Shown: positions 12,301 to 25,504, counted from the first letter of the stretch. The stretch: 64,000 bases of DNA from an uncultured Nitrososphaerota archaeon (GCA_963799845.1 CAWCYI010000004.1:800001-864000); one strand, 5' to 3'. The notes: generated from the sequence alone by a model not told the origin. Made by a program: numbers and translations.

Positions 12301-15300
12301 CGCTTGTGACACCGTCAGCATCAATCGAGGCAGAAGATGGACTGATCGATGCGGATAAAGCTGCACTGACTGTCACGGTAGCTGTATTCGAAGTAGCAGT
12401 ACCACCGTTGGAGTCCGTCACAGTCACTGAAACTGAATCGGTACCTACCGTTGTGGATGTGACAATGCATGTTGTACTGGAAGAAGTGCATCCAGAGCTG
12501 ACAGTCAGGCCAGAGCTCAAAGACCAAGAGTAGGAGTTCCCTCCGGAGCCACCAGAAGTTGTGATAGTAAACGTTGCGCTTGTGACACCGTCGGCATCGA
12601 TCGATGTGGAAGATGGACTAATGGAAGCGGCGAGAGCTGCACTGACCGTCACTGTGGCTGTATTCGATGTAATCGTACCACTGTTGGAGTCTGTTACCGT
12701 TGCAGAGACGGAGTAGCTTCCTGCTGTCGTGGATGTAACTGTGCACACCAAGTCGGTGGGGCCACATCCGGATGATACAGTGAGACCTGAGCCGAGAGAC
12801 CACGAGTACTGGTTACTACCGGAGCCGCCCGAAGTGGTCAGAGTAAAAGTGGCACTTGTTACACCGTCGGCATCGATTGACGCACTTGATGGACTGATAG
12901 AAGCGGTTAAAGCTGCACTTACTGTCACTGTGGCTGTATTGGAAGTAGCAGTACCACCGTTGGAGTCCGTCACCGTGACAGAAACCGAGTAGCTGCCAGG
13001 CGTCGTTGACGTGACCGTGCATGTTGTACTGGAAGAGGTACATCCCGATGATGCAGAGAGGCCTGAGTCGAGAGCCCAGGAGTACAGATTACCACCGGAA
13101 CCACCAGAAGTTGTCAGAGTGAAAGTCGCAGTGGTTACACCGTCAGCATCAATCGAGGCAGAAGATGGACTGATAGAAGCAGTGAGTGCGGAGCTGACTG
13201 TCACGGTAGCTGTATTCGAAGTGATAGTACCACTGTTGGAGTCTGTTACAGTCACGGAGACTGAATAGCTTCCCGTCGTTGTGGATATGACCGTGCAGCT
13301 CGTGTCAGAAGAGGTGCATCCAGACATCACTGTGAGTCCTACATATGACCAGGCGTAGGAGTTACCACCGGAGCCACCTGTCGTGGTTAAAGTAAACGTC
13401 GCACTCGTGACACCGTCAGCATCGATTGATGCAGTCGATGGGCTAATCGATGCAGTGAGTGCTGAGCTGACAGTCACTGTGGCTGTATTAGAAGTTACAG
13501 TACCACCGTTGGAATCCGTTACAGTCACGGAGACTGAGTAGCTGCCAGGCGTCGTTGACGTGACCGTGCAAGTCAGGTCAGAAGAGGTACATCCGGAGCT
13601 GACAGTCAGACCGGAGTTCAAAGACCACGAGTAAGAGTTACCACCGGAGCCACCTGTCGTGGTTAAAGTAAACGTCGCACTCGTGATACCGTCAGCATCG
13701 ATGGAGGCCGTCGAGGGTGAGATCGATGCAGTAAGAGCTGAGCTGACGATCACAGTCGCGGTGTTGGATGTTATGCTACCACCGTTGGAGTCGGTTACAA
13801 TGACAGAGACTGAATCGGTGCCCGTTGTTGTGGATGTGACGGTGCAGCTTGTGTCAGAAGAGGTGCATCCAGACATCACTGTGAGTCCTACATATGACCA
13901 GGCGTAGGAGTTACCACCGGAGCCACCTGTCGTGGTTAAAGTAAACGTCGCACTCGTGACACCGTCAGCATCGATTGATGCAGTCGATGGACTGATCGAT
14001 GCGGATAAAGCTGCACTGACTGTCACGGTAGCTGTATTCGAAGTGATAGTACCACCGTTGGAGTCTGTTATAGTGACAGAGACGGAGTAGCTTCCTGCGG
14101 TCGTGGATGTGATCGTGCATGTTGTACTGGAGGAGGTGCATCCTGATGATGGAGCTAATCCACCGTACGACCACGAGTACTGGTTACTACCGGAGCCGCC
14201 TGTTGTGGTCAGAGTAAAAGTGGCACTCGTTACACCGTCTGCATCGATAGAGGCCGTCGAGGGTGAAATGGAAGCGGTGAGAGCTGCACTGACTGTCACG
14301 GTAGCTGTATTGGAAGTGATAGTACCACCGTTGGAGTCTGTTACAGTCACGGAGACGGAGTAGCTCCCAGGCGTTGTTGACGTGACCGTACAGGTCAGGT
14401 CAGAAGACGTACAGCCGGATGATATGGTGAGACCGGAGCTGAGAGACCAGGCATAGGAGTTCCCTCCGGAGCCACCTGTCGTGGTTGAAGTGAACGTCGC
14501 ACTCGTAATGCCATCGGCATCGATTGATGTACTTGATGGGTTGATAGAAGCGGTTAAAGCTGCACTTACTGTCACCGTGGCTGTATTGGAAGTGACTGTA
14601 CCACCGTTGGAGTCCGTGACAGTCACGGAGACGGAGTAGCTTCCTGCTGTCGTGGATGTGATCGTGCATGTTGTACTGGAAGAAGTGCATCCAGACATCA
14701 TTGTGAGTCCTGTGTATGACCATGAGTAGGAGTTACCTCCGGATCCACCAAAAGTTGTAAGAGTGAGTGTCGTACTCGTGATGCCATCAGCATCGATCGC
14801 TGCAGACGAGGGAGAGATCGAGATCGTTAGGGCAGAGCTTACAGTGACAGACGCACTGTTGGAAGTGGCCGTTCCTCCATTCGAGTCGGTGACTGTGACA
14901 GAGACCGAGTAGCCGCCGGAAGTGGTGGAGATGACGGTGCAGGAGATCGAAGCAGAAGCGCAGCCGGAGGATACGGTCAATCCGGAGGGGACTGACCACG
15001 CGTAGGAGTTGCCGCCGGAGCCACCGGAAGTAGTGATCGTGAAGGTGGCGCTCGTTATGCCATCAGCGTCGATCGCTGCAGACGAGGGAGAGATCGAGAT
15101 CGTTAGGGCGGGAGAGACGGTGACCGTCGTGGATGAGGTAGCCGTATCGGAGAGAGAGTCAGTCACCTGGACACAGTAGATATCGGATGCCGGTCCTGTC
15201 AGTGCAGGAGTAGTGTAGGGGTTGGATGTCGAGACTGAGCCCCCGGAGGGTGGACACACACCAGAGTACCACGCGTAGGTGTAGCCGCCGGAGCCTCCTG

Positions 15301-18300
15301 ATGCTGCAGCAGTAAGAGTGGAAGTCTGGCCGTTGTCGATGGTCGCCGGAGAAGCCGAGGCCGTAACTGTTAGGGCAGCGTTAACGGTCAGATGCAGCGT
15401 GCCAGAGCTCGCTTGGTGTGTGGCGTCGCTTCCAGGCACATAAGTCGCTGTTATCGTGAAGCTGCCAGTGGAGCCCGATGGGGTGAAATTGAAAGTGCAG
15501 CTTCCAGAGGACAGGGGTGTGCAGTTGGCAGGGAAGCCGGTCGGTGCTCCGCTGAATGTGACAGAGCCAGTTGCGGCTGTACTGTAGGATCCGTCGTTGT
15601 TGGAAACTGTAACTGTGCAGGAATCTGATACACCGCTGACCGCCGGGTTATTCGTACAGCTCAGCGTAGTCGTCGTGGCGGTTGAGATTGTAAGGCTCGT
15701 CGTGCCGGAGCTTGTGGTAAGGCTTGTGCTGCCGGCGAAGGTCGCCTTCAGCGCACTGTAAACTCCCTCGCTTCCCGCCGTCGGAGTGTAGCTGAAACTG
15801 CAGCTTCCTGAGATAATGTTGCAACTCGACTGGAATGTGGAAGGAGCGCTGCTGAACGTAACTGTGCCAGATGGAGAGGACGGAGCTGCTGGGAATTGCG
15901 CAACCAAGTCCGTCATACATCGAGTACTGCCTCCCGTCTCAGCCATGCTGAACGACTCGCTGGAACTTGCAGTCGCTGGATTCAGATGGCCGGCATATCC
16001 AACATTTCCAGTCCCGTAGTCATTGGAAAAGCCGGATGGCGCTGTATTGATGTCGCGAGTGCTACCTCCGCTGCTCTCGCAAACTGCTCCAACTCCAACC
16101 AAGAAGCTGTTCGCTGAAACGGCCATAGAGCTGGTAGACAATGTCTCTGGATTGCTGCAAGCGGTCGTGCAGCTGCCGGGAACCGACGAAATTCCTGCCG
16201 TAGTTGCTCCGCTTAATTCGTACGCTTCCACAACCGAGGCGCTTGGGCTTGCGGAAAGGGTAACGGTAATTTTGTCGCTCCCTCCTGGAGATTTGACTGT
16301 TGCGTAGTAGACTGTGCTGTACGAACAGCTTGTACTAGCAGTGTTAGAGGCGGAAACAACGTTTGCCTGCGTGAAGGTGTCAGACAACTGATCTGTAATG
16401 CTAGAAACAGTTGCACAGGTTGAACTCGTACTCGTGGTACCAATTGCAATTACGATGATTTGTCCTGTCGTCAAAGTATAAGTTGGCGTGCAAGAACTTG
16501 CGGTACTGCTGCACGCAGTATTTGGGAATCCCGAAGAAATTGATACTGATGAGGGCGGTCCACCTGAAACACTAACTGTGCAGGATGTGCTTCCTGACCC
16601 TTCGATCAGCGACGCCGGGCTGCACGAAACATTGGTAGATGTCGAATATATGGTAAGACTGGCTGTTCCAGAACTGCCGCCGTTGTTAGAATCACCGGAG
16701 TATGTTCCGGTTACCGTGACCGCACCAGCGGTTGAACCGGTTGTGGTAACACTGCAACTTCCACTCGAAAGAGTGCATGTTGTTGGACTAAAAGTAACGC
16801 TTCCAACTCCAGATTGACTCCATGTGATAGTTCCGGTCGGGGAATGTCCGGTTACCGTAGCTGTGCATGTTGAGGCAGTACATGAAACCGCTGTAGTTGT
16901 AGAGCCCACAGTTATTGAAAGTGCTGATGCCGTCCCCGAGCTACCTATGTTATTTGTGTCACCAGAGTAAGCGGCCTGAGGAGTAACGCTCCCTGTGGTT
17001 ACTCCGGTCAGAGTCACCGAACAGCTGAGCTGGAGATCCGGATAAACTGCAAGTCGAGGATGAGAACGAGACAGATCCGGTCCCGGATTGGGTCCATGTC
17101 ACTGTTTCGCTAGTGACTGTTCCGTAATTTCCAGTCACCTTGGCGGTGCAGGTCGAGGTTGCTCCAACAGCAAACGAAGTTGGTGTGCATGTAACAGCTG
17201 TCGAGGTTATTGCCTGAGTTACCGTGATTGACTGCGTGCCAGAGCTTCCAGCGTTAGCGGAATCTCCAGCGTACGCGGCCATAATAGTGGGACTTCCCAC
17301 ACCGGTTCCGGTGACTGTAGATGAACACGAGCCCGATGAAAGAGCGCATGTAGTGGGGGAGAATGACGCGCTTCCCGTGCCGGCCGATTGCGACCAACTA
17401 ACGGAACCTGTTGGAGAGCTTCCCGCAACCGTAGCTGTGCAGCTTGTAGTGGTACCTGCTACAATTGAGCTGAGAAGTGCAGCTGATCGAAAAAGTGGTT
17501 GCCCCGATTGTGAGGGTGGTCGATCCTGTACTACCGAGGTTGCTCGAGTCGCCTCCGTACGTTGCAGTTAAGGTCGCTGAACCTGCCGTTGAGGCTGTAA
17601 TTGTGCCCGAGCAGCTTCCTGCCGCAAGAGTGCACGTATTGGATGAAAACGTAACAATGCTGGTAGGGCTCTGAGACCATGTTATTGTTCCGGTGGGGCT
17701 TGCTCCGGAAACAGTGGCAGTGCAGGTCGTACCGGTGCAGGACACCAAGACGCTGGTTGAAGCTTTCGTTATCGAAACTGTGGTGGAACCGCTGCCCGGG
17801 GCATTGTTGCCGTCACCAGGATAGGACGCCGAGATTGTCACGCTGGTTACAACAACGTTGCCAGTAATGGTTACCGAGCACATGCCTCCTGCGAGTACAC
17901 ATGTTGTGCCGGAGAAACTGACATCTGCCGAGGGACTAGCTGTCCAAGAGATCAAGCCTGTCGGGGAGTTTCCAGTGACAGTTACAGTACATGTACTTGA
18001 GGAACCATCCTGGAACGGGGTGGGGCTGCAGGAAACGGAAGTCACGGTGTTCGACCTGAATGTTGCCGTTATTGTACCTGATCCGGTAACCTCCATGGTA
18101 GTACTCGCTGCGGTCGTGCTGGAGAAGCTTATTGCGCCGGTGGTCGTTGTTGCGCTCCACGAGTAGAAAGTGTAGCCGGAATTCGCGGACGCAGCTATGG
18201 CGTCAGCTGAACAGATCGTAGAACAGTAGTTGAAGTAAGCGGGATTCGAAGCAGGAGTGGTGACCTGCCCGGAACTGGTCGGTGTTACAGCAAAAGAAAT

Positions 18301-21300
18301 CTGGAACTGATCTTGGAATGTGACCGCAGTTTCGCTGTTCCCTCCGGTTGTAGGTGTGAAAGTGTTTGTGTTTGTCGCCATCCACTGCTCAGTGGACGAT
18401 CCTGTTGCTGCAACGGGCGACGTCACGGTTACTGTTTGGTCGTAATCGGACCAACCCTCACAATTCTGGTTTGTTCCTCCGCTTCCTGTAGCGCTTATTG
18501 AACAGATATTAGTACCTGTGGCGCCTGCAACTGTTCCTGTCACTGGAACGCTGAAAGCAGAACCAGAGTTCGGCGTAGTCGGCGTTAGTCTAAAGGTATT
18601 TTCAAGCTCGTAATAGTAAGTTTGGGAGAACGCGTTGCATGGCGCCGTTCCGCAAGTTGTAACACTAGTCGTAGTCACTCCACCGCTGAACATGTAACGT
18701 GTATTCGCTCCAGTCTGTCGGAACCGTGATGGTAATTGTGCAGCTGGGGGTAGCGGTAACCGTCTGAGCAGCGCCATTGCCCGGGATTGACGTCGGAGTA
18801 ACCGAACAGCCTGAAAGTGTAAACGTAGCAGTACTGCCGGCTGCGACGGTTAGAGTGATCGATTGTGTGACCGAAGGATTAACAGTGTAAGTAGCAGAAG
18901 ATACTATCGAAGCGCCCCCGGAGTAAACAATGACGGAGTAAGTACCTGGCGCGGTTCCACTTGGTATCGTGACTGTTGTTGCTGAAGGAATCGCTCCGCC
19001 ACTGCTTGAAGTAAACGTTCCAGTTGAACCTGTAACGCAGGCAATCGAGGAGGAACTGGTGCTCAAGCAATCACCGTATGAAGTACTATCTGCATAGTTC
19101 GCGCCAGTCAGCGTCGTAGTTGAGCTCGAGAATCCTGAGGTAGGCGAAAGAGTCAGTGTAGCTGCCGAGTTAACCGTGAAGGCAGCAAAAGTCACAACCG
19201 TGCTTCCAGAGTACACCAATACAAAGTCTGATCCGGCAGCTGTTCCACTGGGTACGGTTATCGTCGTCCCTGAAGGAATCGAGGTGGTCGTAGTAGTGAA
19301 GCTCGATTCAGAAGCCACTATACAGCTCGATGTGGAGGTTGAGCTCGTGCTAAGACAGTCGCTGTATGTTGTCAAGGTTGCGTAGTTCGATCCAGCAAGA
19401 GTTGTGACCTGACCTGGCGGACCTGTTGTAGGTGTAAGCGTGAGGGAGATGACGCTGAAAGCCGCTGACGCCAGGATCGAACTAGTGCCTGAGTAGACGA
19501 TCACGAAATCATTTGCCGCGGCGGTGCCGCTTGGGACTGTGACTGTTGCACTTGAAGGTATTCCTCCAGAACTAGTGGAGGTGAACGTTCCTGTAGAGCC
19601 CGAGACACATGTAACAGAGCTCGAGCTGGTGCTCAAACAATCATTGTATGAAGTACTCACTGCGTAGTTTGTGGTGGAGCTGGAGAGCGAAATGACTTGT
19701 GTCGGAGGACCAGAGACAGGAGCTACAGTTAGAGTGGCCGCTGGATTGACGGTGAATGCTGCTTGGGAGACAATCGAGATCGATCCGGAGTATACGATAA
19801 CGAAATAACTGCCTGAAGAGGTTCCGCTCGGAACTGTCAATGTTGTACTGGAGGGTATAGCCCCGCCGGCACTGGAAGTGAAAGTTCCTGTCGTTCCAGT
19901 AACACATGTCACGGAAGTTGAACTCGTACTGAGACAATAACCATAAGACGTGCTATCCGAGTAGCCGGTACTGGAAGTACTGAGAGTCACGACCTGCCCG
20001 GGTGGACCAGTGGTGGGGGTTACAGTCAGTGTTGCTGTAGTAACTGTAAACGCGGCCCAAGATATGACCGTCGTTCCGGAGTAGACTAACATATAGTCTG
20101 ATCCTGCAGTTGTCCCACTTGGGACTGTCATAGTAGTTCCTGATGGAATCGAGGTGGTCGTAGTAGTGAAGCTCGATTCAGAAGCCACTATACAGCTAGA
20201 TGTGGAGGTTGAGCTCGTGCTAAGACAGTCGTTGTATGTTGTCAAGGTTGCGTAGTTCGATCCTGCGAGAGTGACTACCTGTCCAACTGGTCCGGACGTG
20301 GTAGTAAGCGTCAAAGAGATAACGCTGAAAGCCGCTGACGCCACGATCGAGCTGGAGCCTGAATACACAATAACGAAATCATTTCCAGCCGCTGTCCCGC
20401 TCGGTACTGTCACTGTTCCTGACGTTATAGTCCCCGAAGCGCTGGAGGTGAAGGTATTTGTTGATCCGCTGATGCAGCTCGCTGTTGAAGTTTGACTGGT
20501 ACTCAAGCAATCATTGTATGAAGTGCTAATCGCGTAGTTCGATCCCGAAGCTAAGGAGATGACCTGCGTCGGAGGTCCCGTTGTTGGGGTTATCGTAACG
20601 GTAGCTGTCGGGTTAACTGTGAAGGAAGCTGAAGAGACCACTGAGCTCGAACCAGAGTACACTATAACGAAATCGCTACCAGATGCTGTTCCACTTGGGA
20701 CCGTAACTGTTGTGGCGGAAGGAATCGTTCCAGTGCTACTCGATGTGAAAGATCCCGTTGAACCAGCGATGCATGCCACCGAGGACGAGCTGGTACTAAG
20801 ACAATCATTGTAAGATATTGAATGCGCGTAGTTTGAAGTAGTAGTACTCAAAGTAATTACTTGTCCGGGCGGGCCCGATGTGGGAGTTGCCGTCAGAGTT
20901 GCCGCGGCGTTGACAGTAAATGCCGCGGTAGAGGTAATCGTAGTGCTTAGGTAAACGATTACAAAGTCATTCGCGGCCGTAGTTCCACTCGGAACTGTGA
21001 CTAGCGTGTTGCTTGGAATAGTTGTACCAGCCCCCGTGGCGAAAGTAGATGTCGAACCAGAAACGCAGGAGATGCTGCTCGAGCTGGTGCTCAAACAATC
21101 ACTGTAAGTTGTTCCTGTTGCATAATTTGACCCGGTAAGCGTAATGACCTGCCCTGGTGGACCGGATGTAGGAGCGAGAGTAAGAGTGGGTGCGGGGACA
21201 GCTTCCACCGCGTCGACGATTTCCGTCCACTCGGCACCTGGACTAGTTCCGAAACTTACAGTTATTCCTGATTGAGTTGTGCTCACTATCTCGTCTTCTG

Positions 21301-22402
21301 CAGCTATTCCTTGGCCTGTTTGATCATGAGCACTCCCGACGAGGGTAAAGGGAGATGATGCAGTTTCCAAAGTGGTACTGGCGACTCCTACTAATCCGAC
21401 AATAATGTCATTGGTATTAGCTGTCGATACGCCAGTTACGGTGGGGGCTCCGCTAGATGAGTGGCCGGTCAGCAAACTGTTTGCAGTGAAGTCAGCATCG
21501 AATGGTGAAGCCGTATTCGCTCCTGTGATTCCGAAAGCGTAAATGTCGTAAGTAGAAGTACCTGCCATCGTTGCTGTAATCGTAAAGGTTGCCGCGGAGC
21601 TGGTAATGGCATAATACTCCTCAACACTTTCCGAATTATGTCCCGTCGCACCACAACTGGATGTACTACATCTCCCCGTATAGGTGAGATGAGTGCTTAA
21701 GCTATCGGTTATTGAAGAAACTAAATTGTTACTAGCAGATGAAATGAATACTATTATGACATCACCTGCCGCGCAGGTAATTGACGCGGTTGTGACTGTA
21801 GTACTGGTAGCGGAACTACCAAATCCTTGGCAGGCGGTATCCAGTCCGAGACCCGAATCAGTGAATGTAGTCTCTGCTGTGTTGGTTCCGTCAGTAGCGA
21901 CCACGAAATAAAGGTGGCCCATTACGATTAACTGATAAGTTGTTGTGAAGGCCCCCGTACTATTTGCGAACACAGACCAAGAATAAGTTGAGTTGTCAGG
22001 ATTCGTCAAAGTCAATGAGACATTGGCGTCAGGACTGAAGTCGCTGCCGTAGATAGTCACTAGGCTTCCAGGAGGGTAATCGGCTTTATTCGTCCAGATC
22101 TTCGCATTCGAATTAGAAAGATCAGGAAATTGAAGATTTGATGGAGCCAAAGCCGCAAGAATACCGGTCTTGATAGTGCTCGGACTCGTCGCGCTTTGCG
22201 TAGCCGCATTCGGAACAATTACAAACGAGGGGCTAGCTGTAGCTTGATTGGACACGGGGGTCGTCGATGTACCAGTGAACGCCCCAATTCCCGCGAAAGC
22301 AAGAAAAGTCACGATTGAGGAAGAAACCAGTAGGATCGCGACTATGAGCGATCGAGTCTTGTCGGACCTTGGCTTCTCGAAGGAGACGAACTCAAAGGCC
22401 AA
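6331..22402 (-). CDS. giant secreted Ser/Thr-rich multi-Ig/PKD-like repeat adhesin (~5,350 aa), 4 frame breaks (~18718, ~17472, ~17026, ~7618)
   Basis: ORFs 18665..22402, 17398..18777, 16959..17300 (extends to ~17470), 7508..17017 and 6331..7632 join mid-domain by frame shifts; N-terminal hydrophobic segment; tandem beta-sandwich repeats with Cys pairs; no C-terminal TM. Confidence 0.8.
9050..15110 (-). repeat. 22 tandem ~276-bp (91-92 aa) IDADG PKD/Ig-like repeats
   Basis: unit ALTASISPSxASIDADGxTSATFTLTTxGGSGGNSYxW...GC..C...YSVSVTVTDSNGGT counted 22 times. Confidence 0.95.
18880..21200 (-). repeat. 8 tandem ~95-100 aa PTxGPP...CLSTSS.S..C repeats
   Basis: eight copies of LTxxPTxGPPGQVxTL...YxxCLST...C...F...IPS..VTVPSGT...FVIVY in the 1245-aa ORF. 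Confidence 0.9.
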
Positions 22403-22584
22403 TTTTGATGTTCTCTCCGAATGATACGATCGTCCAGCACTTCGAAAAATAGGGCAAAAGGGATCCTAGATTCTTATCAGTATGGATCAATAATCTGGTC
22501 ACGAAATTAGTACGCCAAATCTATGAAACCTGTTCTTAAACTAGACATACAATAATCCGATATATCTTAGGGCAGCAACCGATA

Positions 22585-22603
22585 TCTATCGTAATCCGAT
22601 ATA
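22585..22603. promoter_or_regulatory. TATCG-N5-CGATA palindromic operator candidate upstream of giant adhesin
   Basis: TCTATCG-TAATC-CGATATA; extra CCGATA half-sites near 22557 and 22579. Confidence 0.65.
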
Positions 22604-23194
22604 TTCGCCGAAACAGAGACCAAGAGTCAGAATAGCATACTAAGGATGTAAGATTCTTCATCCTTTTCAAAGTGGAGCTGCAAGAGATTCCGATAGCTCG
22701 CACATATCGGTTTATCCAATATTGGAGAAAAATGAGCATCTTCTTACTGAGACGTTTTTTAGGGGATAACGATTTACTACCATAGTAGTAATACCTTATT
22801 GGAGCTATTACCATTTCTTCGTTTATTTCCTGAGTTTTCATTCCGGCCCTCTCAGAGGCCGTATTCATAATCGATGGCGATGCAATAATCTGGTTAAGAT
22901 AATCGTGGCTGGAAAGGGGGTGGTAGCATGTTTGATTGTGTTCGTACTGCGATCCTGACGTATGGTGCTTGATCCGCCCAAGACAATAAGATGCGTCTTT
23001 GCAAATTTGACGTCAGAAGGTTCGGTCCTCAGACAATGACACAAACTGAATGATATTTAGTCGGTATTCGGTCAAATTCTTACAACAATCGTTGTAATAA
23101 AGAATTAAGGCGTAAGTGCGAGTGAGTGCCCTAATTTCCATCGTATCGTTCTAGCTTAAGCTTTTTCCCGGGGCGGTCGAATCACGCGCGAAGA

Positions 23195-25504
23195 TTAGAG
23201 GTGCACGAAGAATTGACATACGAAAACAGTGATGATGCTGATTGCCACGAGGAACGTGGCGTGCTTGAACCCGTCAGAGACGTTGAGCTCACCCATCTTC
23301 CCGGCGACGAGTCCCATGATCCAAGCCTGGAAGATTGATGCGGTAAGAAGGACTCCCGTGGCAGCGTTCGTGACCGGAGAGACAAACGGAGCGTTGTTTC
23401 CGCCGGTCGCGATGGATAGACCGGAGCCCGCGAGAAGACTCACCATCAGCGCGGTCGTGACAACTACCAGGACTGCTCCGATGTATGGGACTATGATGTA
23501 GGGCCTTACCTGCGACTTTCTTTCACTATCTAGAATCCGGTTCTTTTCAGTGAACTCTGCAAGCGTTTCAAACATCTCGGGCGAGCCGCCCCCGACCTCG
23601 ACAACTTCCAGGAGGAGGAATGCCATCGCCTGCGTCAGCCAGCTGTGGACGGAATTTTTGAAGTTCTCAAGGACTCTCCTGATCGGAATCCCCCAGCTCA
23701 GTTGATGGGAGATCTTCTTGACGTGCACCGACAGACCATCATAATTCCGGTTTGCGAGCTGCTGAATTGTCCTCTCAGGTGCAAGGCCCGTCTTTCTTAC
23801 CTCGGAGATGTCACGCAGAAAATTCGATAGGCGTGACTCGACAGCTCTCTTTCTCCTACTGTGAATTATGCTGATCAGCATGGCGGGAGTGCTTATGATC
23901 ATCAGGGAGATGCCTAGCTGAAGATATTCGGGGATGCCCAGAGGCAGCAAGAAGAACAGAATGCCGACAGGTACGAACCCGAAGAACACGTAGTATGGTT
24001 TCTTGTCCATGAAGGGCTCCTTTATCTGGGCTCCGTCTATCACGGCGATGAAGGCGATTGAGATGGCAGGCACCAGGACAACTGAAAAGAGGAGAATCCA
24101 CGTTGGGCTGATCGACTGGGAGCTCTTTCCGATGAGGTTCTCCGTCAGGTAAATTATGAATAGCGAAACGCCGGTGACAACGGTCGCGATAATGTAACTC
24201 TCGGCAAGGGTTCCTATCATATCGGAGACGGACTTTGACTTGATTTCCCGATAGGCGAAAATCTCCCTGAGCTGAGCTTCGAGGTAACTCTGCACGTTCC
24301 CCCCCACTTTCAACACTGAAAGATATCCGCCGAGGAAATCGGCAAACTTGCGGTTGGGGTTGTTGTGGGCGGCCTTTTCCAGCGCGGAGATGGGGTCTTT
24401 GCCAAAGAGGTCAATATCCATGATGATTCGTCTTGCTTCTCTCGCGCCAGCGGGGAAGAGTTCCCCGACGCTAGCTATCCTCTTTATCGCCGTGAAGGGT
24501 GAGACTCCTCCCGACGCTAGAACCGTGATGTAGCCCACGAGGTAGGGGAGCTCGTTATCCAGAGCAGCGCTACGTGAATTTGCGTTGATTTTTGGCAGGT
24601 TGATCGCGAGGAGCGTAGGGAGGATGAGCAGAAGAGGTAAGAATAACGACTCTAGGAAATAGCCCATTGTATACATGAAGTACATCAGGATCGCAATGAC
24701 TGGGACCATAACGATCGTTACAAAGAAAGAGACTGAAATTATCCCCTCAGGAGTGGCGGAGAGGTTCGACCTTTGGATTTCCTCCCTCATGTTCGGAATC
24801 CTATCGGCGAGAAAGTTGGTGGGAGCTCGCGTGATCCTTATCGCAAATCTGAGGAGGTGCTCGAAGGGAGAAACATGCTGCTCCTTTGGCAGGCCGTAAG
24901 GTGATGGCCGCTGAGGAACTTTTTTCTTCTTTTCCTCTTCAACTTGGGTCTGTCTAAACATTTGCTCCTGTTCCGTCACGAGCTGCTGGCGCTGCGACGA
25001 TGTGGCCATTTCTCTCTGCAAAGGAGGAGGACCAATCGCAGGCTTTGATTTCGACATGATGGTATCCTGCTTCCGACCGTCAACTCGCTCGTCAAAGGAG
25101 GGGGACAGATAATACTTCAGTCCGAAGGCTACGATTGCGAACAGAACGACTGATACCCCGAGCCCGAGGAAGAAGAGTGCGAGGACACCGCCTGAGTCGC
25201 TGAAATTTATTCCGTAGCTCCAGGGAAAATAGGCCGTTACGCTATTAAGCGACTTGAACACTTCGAGGAAGTAAAAGTCGTAGACGAGAAGAGAAACGCC
25301 CGCAACCAGAACTAAAGTTATGACGATAGCTAAAATTAGAGCGAGGCGTCTTGGAAACCATGTTTTACTAAACACATTCCTATTACCGGCTCTACCATCT
25401 TCTTGGCCATCGCTTTCCGATATTGGGTCGTTTTGGCGAATGGAAGACGAGTTTCCGTCGTTGGTCTCCTTCCTTTGAAAAATGCGGTCGATGAGGTTTG
25501 TCAT
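23195..25504 (-). CDS. pilC: type IV pilus membrane platform protein (PilC/TadC/ArlJ-like, two T2SSF domains) with an extra 2-TM N-terminal region
   Basis: LDNELPY...GKDPISAL and VESRLSNFLRDISE...LSWG T2SSF motifs; follows the ATPase; probable ATG 25504. Confidence 0.9.
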   Translation of the reverse strand: MTNLIDRIFQRKETNDGNSSSIRQNDPISESDGQEDGRAGNRNVFSKTWFPRRLALILAIVITLVLVAGVSLLVYDFYFLEVFKSLNSVTAYFPWSYGINFSDSGGVLALFFLGLGVSVVLFAIVAFGLKYYLSPSFDERVDGRKQDTIMSKSKPAIGPPPLQREMATSSQRQQLVTEQEQMFRQTQVEEEKKKKVPQRPSPYGLPKEQHVSPFEHLLRFAIRITRAPTNFLADRIPNMREEIQRSNLSATPEGIISVSFFVTIVMVPVIAILMYFMYTMGYFLESLFLPLLLILPTLLAINLPKINANSRSAALDNELPYLVGYITVLASGGVSPFTAIKRIASVGELFPAGAREARRIIMDIDLFGKDPISALEKAAHNNPNRKFADFLGGYLSVLKVGGNVQSYLEAQLREIFAYREIKSKSVSDMIGTLAESYIIATVVTGVSLFIIYLTENLIGKSSQSISPTWILLFSVVLVPAISIAFIAVIDGAQIKEPFMDKKPYYVFFGFVPVGILFFLLPLGIPEYLQLGISLMIISTPAMLISIIHSRRKRAVESRLSNFLRDISEVRKTGLAPERTIQQLANRNYDGLSVHVKKISHQLSWGIPIRRVLENFKNSVHSWLTQAMAFLLLEVVEVGGGSPEMFETLAEFTEKNRILDSERKSQVRPYIIVPYIGAVLVVVTTALMVSLLAGSGLSIATGGNNAPFVSPVTNAATGVLLTASIFQAWIMGLVAGKMGELNVSDGFKHATFLVAISIITVFVCQFFVHL

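Noticed and set aside
9050-15110. CRISPR array or DGR template/variable repeats
   Set aside because: Repeats are in-frame 273-276 bp coding units without spacers; no reverse transcriptase or cas gene; differences are not adenine-specific
6496-21911. Many plus-strand and alternate-frame ORFs within the giant gene and other Ser/Thr-rich genes
   Set aside because: Shadow ORFs produced by biased codon usage on the real coding strand
22536-22868. 110-aa ORF between the adhesin and pilC
   Set aside because: AT-rich, no motif, overlaps the operator cluster; likely spurious
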